Shown here: piece after piece, positions 1-14,635 of the stretch
Layout of the letters: every line of letters starts with the position of its first letter
Numbering within the stretch: position 1 is the stretch's first letter
NCBI GenBank assembly: GCA_951406725.2
Contig: OX597821.1
Coordinates: 62,620,001-62,684,000 of the forward strand
DNA: 64,000 nt
DNA from: Octopus vulgaris
Taxonomy: Eukaryota
Reading direction: 5' to 3'
Translations under genes and position numbers: made by a program
The notes under the pieces: generated by a model
Seen by the model: only the letters and a program-made list of their open reading frames with translations
Database searches by the model: none
What the model was told of the DNA's origin: nothing

Positions 1-195
1 GGTTTTCCTATGGAATTGTGAAACTATTTTTCTCGTTTTCTGGAAATGCAACGTTTACAACACATTTGCATAATAGCAACGATACACACACACATACACA
101 TACATACACACACTCTCACACACATATCATCAGTACTTCATATATTCGGAAAAGAAGCACGCAGTAAAGCATATATATATATATAATATATATAT

Positions 196-310
196 TTTTA
201 GGAAGTTAAACGATATGGCCGCTCATTGAGTCTCCTATATTGCTAAGCGCATCATAGGTGCGAAAGCAATGGCTACTCTATAACAGGCCGTAGCTTTTAG
301 CTTCCTAAAA
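196..310. repeat. ~115-bp imperfect foldback (MITE-like) next to (TA)n
   Basis: Left ttttaggaagttaaacgatatggcc matches the revcomp of the right end, ttttaggaagctaaaagctacggcc, at 20/25 positions. Inner stems attgct/agcaat and cgca/tgcg. Confidence 0.55.
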
Positions 311-378
311 GATAAAGGTTGATACATACATACATATATACACACATATACACACACACATATATATATGAGTGTATC

Positions 379-436
<58 letters not shown>

Positions 437-1164
437 ATGGTCTGTATATATACGTGTATGTGTTCGCGTATTTCTGTATATGGGTATATCTGCATATGTA
501 TGTAGGAATATAACTTTCTTTGTAGATCATAGCAAAAGTTCATTCTTGCAATTATGCAATTATGCTTTGTTAATGCTACTTTCATTGATTTCACATGAGA
601 TAGTAACGGTAAAAATGGTGATGCAATTTTACTACAAAACTATATATCCAACATTTAACTGTCACGAGAAAAAATACAGCAAAATCAAACACAAATCATG
701 ACACTTTGCCGAAATTTGTTCTGCTTCAATTGCATCTGTACAACTATTAAGTTTGCTCCGATGAACTCGTTAAATCAATGCCACGCGTACCAAAGACAAT
801 GATGAATATATTTTGCTTGTGAATGTCTATCTAGTGATTTAATTTAACATGTTCTTAGAGATATTAACGTTTTGATCAGACGGCTGATACCACTCACACT
901 TAATTTAATTGATTGTATCTCGATTCCATAGCACTCTCTATTTTATGCAATGATGTCTAAGTGGAATTAAATGAAAGCCAGAAACAATATATAGAGGATA
1001 TATTGAAATAAACCACAGCTTGGAAGCTTGTTTTATAATTTCTCTTTTCTCTGGAATATTTACGTATGCAACCAGTGAAACACAGGTTCCATTTCAATGA
1101 AAACGTGCCTAAACACATACGCACACTCGCACACACATATACACATATACATAAATATATAAAC

Positions 1165-1169
<5 letters not shown>

Positions 1170-1252
<83 letters not shown>
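1170..1252. repeat. (TA)n microsatellite (representative of dozens in the window)
   Basis: Direct inspection. Confidence 0.98.
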
Positions 1253-1254
<2 letters not shown>

Positions 1255-2892
1255 CATGGATTTGCTTTTACCTTTGAGAGAGGCAAGTTGGAAAACAAAA
1301 ACAAAATTAGGCCATGTAACAGTTGAAATTTGTGAAATAACCTAAATAAGAAGGAATGAAGATAAATAAGTTAAAAATTGATCTACAGAAGTCTGAACGA
1401 AAGAATCACGGAAACGTTCATTTTCAATAACATTATGACTATTTCACTTTGTGAAGACTTGTCCACGAAACAGTCAGGCTCCAATCTCGCTTTCATTCAC
1501 TGTGGAGTTTCATTAATATGAATGTATGTCCCCCACTAACACCTTCCCTTCTATCCATAGACAGATTGTGAAATTAGTTAATTACTGATAATATTTCTTT
1601 TATACTAGGCCAAAGAGAAAAGTTTCAATAATTTGAAAATTTTTTCGCAATTCATTCAGCATAGTATCTTAACTTCTGACGAAACTACTTTTTCCATTCA
1701 CTAACATTTATCTTGCAGTCAGCTTGTCTCACTTAAACCAAATAATCACATTTATTGTAATAATACTTTTGTTACTGCGATTGCATTTTCATAGTTTTAC
1801 TATAACCGAGCAAAATCTATGATGGAACGAGATACAGCTAATACTAACCATATTCGTTTCTTCCTAAACTTTTAAATGCAATTTTGAAGGCCTTAAGGCG
1901 TGCTTTTAGGAAGCTAATAATGCAAGTCTTGCGATTTACTACAGACTTCAGCTAGAATCGTCTGAATTGCAATATATGTTTTATAAATCTAACCCCACCC
2001 ATTTGTATATTGATTGAAAGAAAGAAGTGTGCAGCTAAGTTTGGTACTAAGCGTTGCATTATTATCTAAGTATCATTTTCAGGAAATATATCTGTTTTTA
2101 TTTTACATTTTTTAGATTTGTTCAAGATTTTTTCTGTCTCTATCTATTAACGTACCTTACCGTTTTTATATGTAATTTTCACTTTATGCAGTCCTGTTCG
2201 CTATTTTCTTTAAACTCGTTTCGACAAACCTTTTTCCATATTCTTTCAAAATATTACCTCGTATTTTATGATATGAGTTACGAACTTTGTTTTCAGCTTC
2301 CAGATACCCACTATAATTTTATATACATTTCTCGGTAGCAAATACACATTGACACTTACTTAAAGTATATATTGAAATTCACACGCAGAACAAGTCACAT
2401 AAGGATATCTGAAATATTTTTTAGCATTGTCGCTAGTGGATAAATAAATATGTATGCATGTTTGTTATTGAAATTGTGATTTGTGCAGTTGTGACTCGAT
2501 ATAATGAACATCACCTCTTTCCATTTCCCTAAATGATCAATAGCCCTGTGGCATTGTGTCTAAATAAAAAAATCAATATAGGTTTGGAAACAAAGTTCTT
2601 GGAAGTGAAATGTTGATATTCTAAGCCGATAATATCATGACAGAATGTCCAGCCACTTGAAAAAGTTTCAAGAAATGTTTCACTTGTTTGATTTACTTAT
2701 ATTGTCGATAAGATATCAAAAGAAGTTGCCAAACTATTCAAGAAGTTAACTTGACAGCCGATTACAGGCGTTCTGTAGAAACACTAATAATTCAACCCAC
2801 AGTATATTGCCTTAAGCAGTGCTCACATGTTGACATCTATTTCTCACTTGTACTAATATATGTGTGATATATATGTATGATATATACATATG

Positions 2893-2927
<35 letters not shown>

Positions 2928-3067
2928 CAGATAGATAGATAGATAGATAGATAAATACATGCACACACACACACCCATATATATATATATATAATATATA
3001 TACATGCACACAAACACACACACACATATATAAATATACACATATATGTACACATATATTTGTATGT

Positions 3068-3087
3068 GTAGTAATAGTAGAAGTAGT

Positions 3088-3152
<65 letters not shown>

Positions 3153-3223
3153 TAGTAGCAGCAGCAGCAGCAGTAGTAGTAGCAGCAGCAGCAGTAGTAG
3201 TAGTAGTCGTAGTAGTAGTAGTA
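3068..3223. repeat. Compound (AGT)n/(AGC)n trinucleotide microsatellite
   Basis: Direct inspection; explains the poly-S and poly-L ORFs. Confidence 0.97.
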
Positions 3224-3889
3224 ATATTGGTTGTAGAATAAATATTGGTGACTCCCTATGCGTAATGAAGATTGATTTGAAATAGAGAGTTGCCATTGAC
3301 TGCTGCGACAAATCTTGACTGCGTTACATAAAGCAATACGAGAATACGAACACCTCAGATAATCAACTTACTTCCTAAACACACCACATAAAAGACAACG
3401 TTGCCGTATATTCAAAACTGCAGAGCCCTCTTCCAAAATTGCTCCCTAACCTTCAGTAGGTCACACAGTCCATGTTTTGAATAAACGATAAATGTATAAA
3501 TGTTGTCATTTATATGTTTTAACTGAAACAAATATAATGCTGTATCCACTTCTGTAACAATTCTGTAAATTTTGTTGATTATTGTCGCGCGTAAGCGTCT
3601 AACCAATTACGTGATTATCACAGCAGACTAGACAGGTATCATCATGCTACGGCAGCTTTTATGAATGCATATGTATATTTTACATCGCTCAGAAAATATA
3701 TGCCGCGAATGGAAATATGTGATACTCTTGATTTATGACAGATTATATCCGAAGCAGTTTTGCGTTCTTTTATTCAAAAATATAGTTATTTAATCCAGTT
3801 GCTGATCTATATTTTCGAAAATACTATTGTCTTTATTTCTAATGTTCTGTGGAATCATATAGGAACAATTCTCTCTACTCTACTCTTTA

Positions 3890-4255
3890 CTTTTTACTTG
3901 TTTCAGTCATTTAGTCAAGCATATCGACCCCAGATCTTACTCTTTGGAAGGCTAGTACTTAATATATCCAACTCTTTTGGAGAACCACAATGTTACGGGG
4001 ACGTAAACACACCAGCATCGGTTGTAAAGCGATGTTGGGGGGACAAACACAGACACAGAAACATACACACACACACAGACGCACACACACATATATACGA
4101 CGGGATACTTTCAGTTTCCGTGTACCAAATCCACTCACAAGGCTTTGGTCGGATCGAGGCTATAGTAGAATATACTAGCCCACGGTGTCACGCAGTGGGA
4201 ATGTATCCGGAATCATGTCATTGGTAAGCAAGCTACGTACCACACAGTCACTCCT
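3890..4255 (-). mobile_element. tRNA-headed SINE family A (CORE-like segment, internal (TA)/(CA) microsatellite)
   Basis: Homologous to the copies at 16822, 30028 and 42042. Minus-strand head gtgtggtacgtagcttgcttacc, tail aaatgactgaaacaagtaaaa. Confidence 0.9.
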
Positions 4256-5570
4256 ACACCTTTAAAAATATTTTAAGTTGTTTTCAAATGGAAACAACAA
4301 AATGTTAGTAAGAAACTAGAGAGAGAGTTTCTCCACTGGTAAGAAAACCGAAGCTCTCAAGAGAGCTAAACAGCAACTCTTTAGACAAGAAAACCAAGTT
4401 CAGGCAAGTATTTTGATTCCTTACATACTAAGGGTTCGGGCCGCATCCAGATCATGACTCCTGGGTGATGCATTCTACTGATACAATTTAGCTACGTGGA
4501 TATCGACGAACTGTGCTTTTAAACAGCTTGAAGATTCCATATAGTTGGAACTCTACTTCTTTGACTTAGCTTCCAAACTTATACTAGAATAAGCAATTAT
4601 GCCGATTATTAAGATAGCGGTAAAACATCATCATCACCACAATGACTCCTAGCATTAATCTAAAATAATCTTGCCTTCAAACCTAAGGACAGGAACAAAA
4701 TCGAAGGAGTTCTCTGTTGTCTCTGAAATAAATATTATTTTTTGCTCTAGAATTTCGACGTTATAAAGTTATATTACCATAAATGAAATGCTCTCTTATA
4801 CATGCTTTCCATCAATTGGACAGGTGCAATCCTGAATATAAGCGTCTATTTTTTCACTGAACTTAAATGCGGAATAGTTTCATTAGACACCTATTTGCAT
4901 TTCGCTAAAGTTGTCATTACAAATACCATTTCACTGAAAAATTAGTTACTTTAATACAACTTTTCGTTTCAAGTTTTTCCTTTGCACTTCTAAATCTCAT
5001 TATAAAATTATATTCCTCACTCCTTTGGCGTATGCCTGCGATTGGTATTTCATATATATTACAGATTCTGCTTCTAACACAATCACTGAATGTCGTCAAA
5101 TAGCTTTATCAAGAGAATACAGGGAATATATTAATGCCTCATCAACTTGCTTTCTATGCATCAAACATATTCCATGGTTTGCTAACAAGATAGAAGTTAT
5201 GACTCGGATACAAATGTATAATAAATATAAAGCTGAATGTTGTATGTATATCTGTCGAGAGTCCAAGATGAACCAACCTCACGGCAAGAGGTGCAAATGA
5301 GGGTAGCTATATCAAACTCCATTCTTCACCAATGCCACATATTAGAGGTGGCTCTTAGTAATAACATCGTAGCAAAACGGCGGTGCATCAGCATTGCCGC
5401 AGCTCTGAGCTGGAACTATATATATATATATTCATGAGGCTTACCAATTATAACAATTCTTCGTTCTAGTGTTATATAATTGGTGTGCCTGATACATTCT
5501 CATTTTCGTGGTTTGGGTTTTAACTGGCCTTTTCAGCACGTAAGGAGTCCTGTCAATGGTCTCATATGTG

Positions 5571-5630
<60 letters not shown>

Positions 5631-5631
<1 letters not shown>

Positions 5632-5840
5632 TTTCTCATTTTGGTACCAGGTCATCATTATTTTGGGCAAGTGGTAGTAAGTCGATGGCATTGACCCCAG
5701 TGCTCAACTGGTATTTATTTTATGGGCACCGATAAAATCGCCAATGAAAGGAAAAGTTTACCTCGACGGAGTTTGAGCTCCAGACAAACAAAACGCCGGT
5801 AGGCAATTTGCCAAGCACCGTAGAAATCCTACAAGTTCGT
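5631..5840 (-). mobile_element. SINE family B (Meta/MESC-like domain), diverged
   Basis: ttgaccccagtgctcaactggtatttattttat...tgaaaggaaaagtttacctcgacggagtttgagctc is the revcomp of the 54623 copy. Confidence 0.8.
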
Positions 5841-6263
5841 AAACGTTAAATATATGTTTGGTATTGTTAGTTGATATCAAAAATATTCCATGCTAAACCC
5901 ATTTTCTATTGAAGACGTTTCATGGCCGTAACTTTTACGTTTAAATATCGACTAGTAAATTGCAAATCACTCAAAGTGCATTCTGGAACTCTCACACAAA
6001 GAAGGAAATAAATCACCTATACAACAAGCATAACGGCAGGAAGAAGAAGACTCAGATATGCATATAAGAAGGAGGTGTATATATCTATAATTATATGAGT
6101 GTGTACGTGAGAGGGAAGTGCATGAATACATGCATCTTCTAATGTACTTTTTCTTATCTGTGAATATAATGGATGAATGTTTGTATGTGTGCTTAAAATA
6201 TTCAGAAGTACACAAATGCGTATATTTAGATATAACTTGTATGTATTCATCCGAATACATAAA

Positions 6264-6334
<71 letters not shown>

Positions 6335-6349
6335 ACATAAACATATATA

Positions 6350-6397
<48 letters not shown>

Positions 6398-7321
6398 ATA
6401 TTTCGACTCCTTACATACAGGTGTACGTGTACGTGTGTGTATGCGTGTGTGCGCGTGAAAAGTGATCGACAAATGTAAGCGCTTATATATGGAGAGACAT
6501 AATATTTATACAAGTATATCCAAATTTACATATGTATACATTTGTATACCCAAATATATGTGAATGTAGATATGTGTTTATGTGTGTGAGCGTATGTTAG
6601 AGTGTGTGTGCGCCAGTATGTGTGTGTGTTAGTAGATATACTTACATAAACACATATACGCACATCTATAGAAATATAAATTCCGGGAAGTCACATTCTG
6701 TATGCGTGTTAAAATTATCTCTAAAATCAAACACAACATATTATCGGAAAATATAATGTATTTGTTAATTTTAATCAGGAACAAGTCCTCTTTAGCACTG
6801 TATGCTAACTTGTTATTCTAATATATTGCGGTTTTGATCAGATTGAATCGATTATTGCATAACATTAATAAGATTTGAAATTATTTTGGTTCATTTTCAA
6901 TTTAATCTAAAGTTTTAAGGATAGAGAATATTAATTGGATCTGTTATGTGAAGAAACAAAACTACGGTACATTAAACTTAGATAAACGTGACGTGTTAAA
7001 GGAAACATGAACTTTGTTCCAAGGAAATCTCATACTTTGACCTGCATTTTAATATGTATTTGTTCAATGGTCTCGAGGGTATATTTATAATTGCTGACTA
7101 GCTCCGTGTTGTTCAACAAGGAACTACATTGTTCGGGAGGTCATTGATATAGATTAGTCTGGTTGGGACTATAATGCTCTACATGGGTTTTTAGATGCAT
7201 GTTATGACAATTTTTACCAATCTTTTTTGCATAGAGTTGTATTTTCAAACCCAGTAACTTGAATTTTACGTCTGTGATATTTAGGAATATATGTATATAT
7301 ATATATATATATCTTCCTAAA

Positions 7322-7419
<98 letters not shown>

Positions 7420-7420
<1 letters not shown>

Positions 7421-8360
7421 AAAATTCAGGGTGAATACTTGATAATTGTAAGCACCTGTATATACCATTTAGTGGTGTAGGTGGTAGAATATATTAATCA
7501 AAATAAAAACATGATGCCGAGGATTCAGCGGTACATATGTTTCGGGCCTTTATTAGACGGATTTATAACAATGCATAATGTGTGTCTATGGCTTTCTTCA
7601 GCCGCGTACAATTACTACTTCAAGGACATGTATTACATTATAAGTTTTACGTTGGGGATGCAAATCTTCACAGTCGCGTACGACAGGGTGGGGCACCGGC
7701 ACAAAAACGAAGCGTCCATCTCGTCTCTCACTCGATGTAGAATGAGGAAGTTTGGATGTTGAGATAGAGAGAGAAGGGGTTGGGGGGGTCAAATCTTTAG
7801 TCGGTTAGGGGTCACAAAGAGGGAGGGTGGTGGGTGCAAAAGGTAGTAAGAGGGCAAAAATTTCAAAATATCAAAAGAGTAAAAATTAAAAAAATATATA
7901 AAAAAGATATAAGAATATAAAAATACATAAGGATATAAAAAGAGTATCTAAGTATATAAATATATAAATCAATATATAAATATATAAATATTTTAAATAA
8001 ATAAATAAATATATAAATACACACAGACGCGAAAAAAAACATGGTAATATAAATAAATAGAGATAAAGATAAAGAAGCGAGAACTAAGGACGGAAGATAA
8101 AAAAAAATTTTTTAAATATAAAAAAATATAAAAATATAAAAATATAAAAAAATATAAAAAAATATAAGGATAAGGGATGTAAAGGGGTTAAGAACAAACA
8201 AGGTGGTCAGAAAGATGACATTTTCCGGTTGTAGAAGCCCGCGGTCGTAATGGCGGGTGTCATAAATCAACTAGAATGTCTGGAGACCAAGTATATGGTT
8301 AATTAGGGTTGTGGCTAAACAGATTATCTGCTTCCTCGTAAATTGTCCTTGTTACTAGTG
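7420..8360 (-). mobile_element. Probable Penelope-like element terminal remnant abutting (CT)n(TA)n
   Basis: Contains a hammerhead motif at 7528-7605, a purine-rich segment and an A-rich (aaaatata)n-like tract. No ORF. Boundaries approximate. Confidence 0.5.
7528..7605 (-). ncRNA. Minimal type-I hammerhead ribozyme motif
   Basis: Minus strand: gcgg CUGAAGA aagcc-auagac...gucua-auaaaggccc GAAAC auau GUA ccgc. Stem I gcgg/ccgc, palindromic stem III ACAUAUGU, cleavage triplet GUA. The base of stem II is eroded. Confidence 0.7.
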
Positions 8361-9181
8361 GTCAACGTGTACATACGTACACGCATAGATATACACATAT
8401 ACACATACATATACACACGTATACACAACCACACGTATAAATACATACGTACTTTCGTGTAAAAATGTTTCGACAGGTGTACGCATATACATACGTCCCG
8501 CTACGTACGTATACCTAAGTTTGCACCAGGTAAATACATAAAAGCAAATACACTAAACTGCCTCTGCACACGCACTTGTATACACACAAATACATACTCA
8601 CGCGTACATATGTTAAGCCCGCCCGCCAGTCTACCCACCCACATACGTATATGCGCACATACATAAATATATCAATATACACATACATACGGGAAAAGGC
8701 GCATGTAGTTGGGTACAAGAACTGACACGCATACTTACGTATACACATACACGTACATACCTACATACAGACACACTCACACACACACTCACACACATGA
8801 AGAAGAAAATCTCTATGCTTATGGACAACGATATTCATACACCCACACTCACGCCCACACTCACACACATGGGGGAGTAAATCCCTATGCATATACACGA
8901 AAATATGCATATATGCAAATGCACAGACACAGGTATAACAAGTAGATCCGTTCTCGCACACAGGCAAGAGGGACCTACATGTTCTAAATGTCTGTCTTAG
9001 AGTAGCGTGACGGCTGCAAACCATTGTAATAACATTATAAGTGGGTAATTAGCAAGTTACAGGGGTGTACGTGTAAATCAGAAAAGAAAGAGACAAAGAA
9101 CATACACACATACGCACACATACATATACATACACACACATATACACATATACATACATTTTCTTCACTCTTTATTAGTTA

Positions 9182-9184
<3 letters not shown>

Positions 9185-9251
<67 letters not shown>

Positions 9252-9315
9252 ATTATTATTATTATTATTATTATTATTGCTGTTGTTGTTGTTGTTGTTG
9301 TTGTTATTGTTATTA
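9185..9315. repeat. (ATT)n/(GTT)n microsatellite
   Basis: Direct inspection. Confidence 0.97.
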
Positions 9316-9535
9316 TGTTGACGCCCGTAACAGTAGTAATTGAATGAAGAAAAATACATATTGTGCGTGGATATATTTGGCAAAAAATAACAATAATAAA
9401 TAAAACGACCATCCTGAATTACAACAATATCTGTTTCAACACACGATTTCACATCAGGAATCTTGCAAAACGAATTGATATATATATATATATATATATA
9501 ACTCATCATCATTCGCCTTGTTTGTATGGCTGTTT

Positions 9536-9687
<152 letters not shown>

Positions 9688-10464
9688 ACATGCCTGGGTT
9701 CGTCAAAGTACATATCTACTTTTATGAGACTGGCTTTTACGTTTAATTGCATTCGTGCTGCTTACCAATTCTACAACATGATATGAATTTCTTATTGAGA
9801 GGAATCTTAATTTGGGAGAGGCATTAACTCTTCAATAAGTTTTCAGCTTGAGAATGCAAATATGTACTAGAGTTGTACTGAAAGTAAAGCAATCTTTGGC
9901 TTTTAACTAATTGACATAGGTGAGTCAAATTGCACGTTTGGTGAGAAATTCTTTTTGACATGTAACTAGCAGTCCTAGTTTTTTCTCCTTAACTACAGGC
10001 AAATAATGCCTTTCATGCGGGTGTAACTCTCTTCGTTAATCTCTTGACGAAGTAAGCATTTCAAGGGCGTTATTCTTGTTTTCCTGGAACAAATACCTAA
10101 CAACAATCCACATTTAGCATTGGCCACATATGCCATCGGAAAAATTGGACTGCATAGTCATAAATCATACAACGGCTCTCCTAAATAGGCGTCGTAGCAA
10201 TTTTGACAGTTTTTAAGGACAACTACATAGCAAAGGTGCAGCTGAAAAAGCTGTGAAAAATGGGCTCAAAATTGTACACCTGAATACATTTGGGAGATAC
10301 GAATGGAGTGATGAGTTCAAAGATGGAGAATTTGCATGACTTGTGATTCTGAACATCCTGAGTGATACTTATAGAGGTGAAGGGTTACATTCCTAACTTG
10401 TGCAATTTGTATGATGTGTCCCATGTAATATAGCTAAGAATTCTTCTACACTACTTTAGATACA

Positions 10465-10674
10465 GGTTTCAAAGTTTAAACTTTAGCTCATAACCAGTAA
10501 TTTTTAGGGAAGCGGGAAGTCAATTTTTCGGCTCAAATGGTACAAGTTTTCGATCCCAAAAGGTTGAAAGAATAAGTAGACTTTGGCAAAATTACAAACA
10601 AGAACGTAACAACGGACGAAATACCGCTAACCATTTTGTCCGGTGTGTTGAAGATTCTGCCCGCTCACTGCCTT
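10465..10674 (-). mobile_element. SINE family B, diverged
   Basis: ...tcgatcccaaaaggttgaaagaataagtagactttggc...ggacgaaataccgctaaccattttgtccggtgtgttgaagattctgcccgctcactgcctt. Confidence 0.8.
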
Positions 10675-12278
10675 GCATTACTTCAGATATTGGCCACGGT
10701 CACCACGATTCATTTGAGATATTGATATAAAAATACCATACGATATATTACTAAATTTGCACATCGAGTCACATAGTTGTTGACAGGTGTGAATATATTC
10801 TGTAATTACTATTATAAATCATATATACTAAACATTGTTCTGTAGCTAATAATTTTATTTATTGACAAATAATCCTTAATTAAGATTTTATGTAGAATAA
10901 AAGAAATAAAGTATATAACTTAGCAAGTGATTGGAGGATAATTATCGAAATGTAAACAGCAGATAATTATGCGATGAAGATTAATAAGAATAAATGACAC
11001 ATCATATGTGGTAAATCACTGAGGTAAGTTTAATTTCAGATTTAAAATCAATCGTCTCTGTTATACTTCGAATAGCATAAGTTAATCAGGAATCCCACAG
11101 CCTGTTGCGCATTTACAAAATACAATAATGTCGAGTGGAAGAAACAGCAGGTTTATCTATATCAGTGTTTGTTTCTGATGAACGTTGCGGACGTTATTAC
11201 ATCTTTTCCTGAGAAGACCCAGATCTGTGATATTTATCTTGTGTTTTTACTACAACCATCGTCTTAATAAGGCAGCTAAAAACCTTATATCGAACATGTT
11301 ATTCTACATTAGCATTGATCTTAAAATATGTTATCTTATTTTTCTCTAATGGATGCTGGAGGTAACGCCCCGGAAAATCACATTGCTCAGTTCATTTACG
11401 TCACGAATTATACTTGTGTATCTCTAGCTTAGCATTTTACAATATCACCATATGAGGTTTTCTCTCTTCGTACTATATATAATATACTGAATCGAACTGC
11501 CGTATATTGTATATTCTTTTAAAATCCTAATATTCAATATACTGTAATATTTAAAAGAATAGGGTCCGGTACAGAGTATAAAACCTAAAACAAAATGTAT
11601 CGTTGAAACAAATTTAGTACTGGCATTTCAGATGAAAATAGTTGCGTGTTAAGCGTGAGCTTCATATAATACTTGCCTTCTAAGATGATGATTGGATATA
11701 TATGGAAAAATAGAAATGGATTGTTTTATGCAGATTCATGGTTGCTCTACTTCTTTTCTCCCTCTAAGAAATCATTCTAAATAGGAATGAAGATGCACTA
11801 TATGAATGAGCATTTTAGATTTTCCTTGCATTAATTGTATTAACATTATTTGAATGAAACTTATCAATTGAACAGAAACAATTGGTACAAAATATAAATA
11901 GATGCACTAAAAATCTCGAAATATTTCTTTGTGATGATGAACCGGATTCTCAAACTAAGTTAACTTCGCCGTCAAAGACAGAAGAAATAGATGCAGTTAG
12001 TATTTCATTTAAAGAACTGCAAGTGTAGCACTAAAAGAAAAAATAGCAGGGTGCGGCTTTCCAGAAGCTGATTCTATGGAGCAGAATAATTGTACGCAGT
12101 GGATAGTAAACAGCCTGTTCTGGGTGGAAGCTAAATCATATATGTATGTACGTGTGTAGTTATATAGAGTGTAAATCCCGCAGAATAAATAAAGAATGTT
12201 TTGCTTTCTGAGATGTTGATGCAATTTGAAGAAATAAATGTGGAAATAATGCTGTATTTCATTAGGACTACTTTACAG

Positions 12279-12314
<36 letters not shown>

Positions 12315-12482
12315 AGAGAGTGAGATTTAAATATGTATGTGTGTATAAATATATATATATATATATGTATATAATTATATATACATATACACACATATCT
12401 CTGTATATGTTTGTCTGTACATGTACATATGTGCATGTTAATGTAAATATGAACATGTATGCATATGTATGTATGTATATAT

Positions 12483-12513
<31 letters not shown>

Positions 12514-13084
12514 AAGAGAAGAGCGAGAGAGAGAGAGAGAAGAGAGAGAGAGAAGTACACGCATGTGTATGCATGTTACTGCGTATACCGTTGCATATAA
12601 TTGCTATAGGCTTAGATTTGAAACGGGAAAGAAATATGAGAATAAAGTGAATTAGAGCGTTTTAATGCTTGTAATGAACAGAGATTGATATAAGAGCAAC
12701 ATATATCGGAAAAGAAAGAATACAAGATTTCCAGGAACGATCAACAATGAGGTACAAAGGAAACCAGAGCAAAAAGTAGTGTTGAAAATGAAAGTGAGAA
12801 GAGAAAACGTAAAACGTTGAAAGGCGAAAATGGTCAGAATCGACGTGGAATATTGATTTCTTCAGTGGTTGGTGAGTAATAAACGGGATACATTAGTATC
12901 TGATGTGAATGTTGTAGATGCTGAATATCATTTACTGCAATGAGACGAACAGCAGTTCCACAGAATATTTAGAATATATTGAATAAATATTCTGTAAAGT
13001 ATAGCTGTCTGTCTATTAACATACAGACGTACAATCACATAATCGTAATGTACATTAACATATATGCCTACATATACCCTTTCA

Positions 13085-13137
<53 letters not shown>

Positions 13138-13204
13138 GTGTATGTGTGTATGTGAGTGCTTACATACACACACGCGCACACACACACTCATATATATATA
13201 TATG

Positions 13205-13252
<48 letters not shown>

Positions 13253-13253
<1 letters not shown>

Positions 13254-13464
13254 TCCTTTCTGCTCTAGGCCCAAGGCCTGAAATTTAGTGGGGAGGGAGC
13301 CAGTCGGTTAGATCGGCCCCAGTTCGCAACTGGTGCTTAATATATCGACGCCGAAAGGATGAAAGGCAAAGTCGATCTTGGCGGATTGACTCAGAACGTA
13401 AAAACAGACGAAATACCGATAAGCATTTCGCCCAGCGTGCTAACGTGTCTGCCAGCTCGCCGCC

Positions 13465-13466
<2 letters not shown>
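13253..13466 (-). mobile_element. SINE family B
   Basis: ccccagttcgcaactggtgcttaatatatcgacgccgaaaggatgaaaggcaaagtcga...ctgccagctcgccgcctt is the revcomp of the 54623 copy. Confidence 0.92.
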
Positions 13467-13527
<61 letters not shown>

Positions 13528-14586
13528 CACAAACATATATATATATATTAACATATATAGGAGCCTATACATACGCACACGCGCACATACACACACACGC
13601 ACACACACACACGCACACATATATATATATATATGTATGTATGTATGTATGTATATATTTATATACACGTATATGCGTCTAATAAATATGTGTATGCATA
13701 TCTATAAAAGGAAACACATATATGTATATATATATATCTTGTCTTCACGAGAATTTTATAATTTTTGAAGAGATAGTGGAATAATTATTTTTGGGAATAA
13801 GAATGATCGCATAAAGGTATATAAATGATATCATGTTAACACTAGTTTAAAATACACTTTTGGTCAGGAAAGTTCGAAGGCTACACTTTCGACACAACAC
13901 TACATATAGCGCGTAAGCCTGACAGCCTTCGAGTTTCCAAATCACAAGTTTTTATTTATTCTACCTCAGTATTTCACGCTACTATGGACAGTTTCAGATG
14001 AGCCTCGAGACTTCCCAAAAGAATTATTTGCATGTATATATTTCATATATCTATACTTGTATATGTGTTTGTTTGCGTATGTATGCATGTATGTAGTATG
14101 TGTCGTATATATACAGAATATATCATATACCACAAATATTTGTTTCACTGTTATCACTTTAAAATTGTCTTGCTCCATTAAACAATTGAATTATAAAAAG
14201 CATTTTTAGCATCATAATATTGACTCTTATACATCAAATGGCATTTATTTCATCAACTGGCTCCATAAAGGTAATTGCCTTTCTTTCGAAAATCTTAGTT
14301 GATTTTTCTAAGACAATACAAGTTAGCCCGTGTTTTCATTATTAGGCAAGAAATATATTTGTCAGCACGTCCATTCATCGAAGCATCTGAATAATACATT
14401 TCCGACAATTTTGCATTGCTGTATTTTATTTTATAAATACACAAGCACCTGCCATGTTTTAAGTTAAGTGGTGTGTCGTATTTACAGACGTACATACACA
14501 CGCATGTGTATATACACACGTACACACACACTCATTCACACACGTATATACGCAGAAACATATATACACGCACATATTTAAACACA

Positions 14587-14629
<43 letters not shown>

Positions 14630-14635
<6 letters not shown>

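Noticed and set aside
4310-4410. Open frame FSTGKKTEALKRAKQQLFRQENQVQ ending at cag|gcaagt
   Set aside because: No convincing acceptor, non-canonical donor and no recognisable homology
5270-5420. Possible LINE 3' end (cggcggtgcatcagcattgccgcagctctgagctggaac + TA)
   Set aside because: Single copy in the window and no RT motif; cannot classify
10220-10340. Protein-like frame KGAAEKAVKNGLKIVHLNTFGRYEW
   Set aside because: Short, with no splice support or recognised domain
12751-12877. Purine-rich open frame ending at a GTGAGT donor
   Set aside because: Upstream in-frame stop and no good acceptor; composition explains the openness
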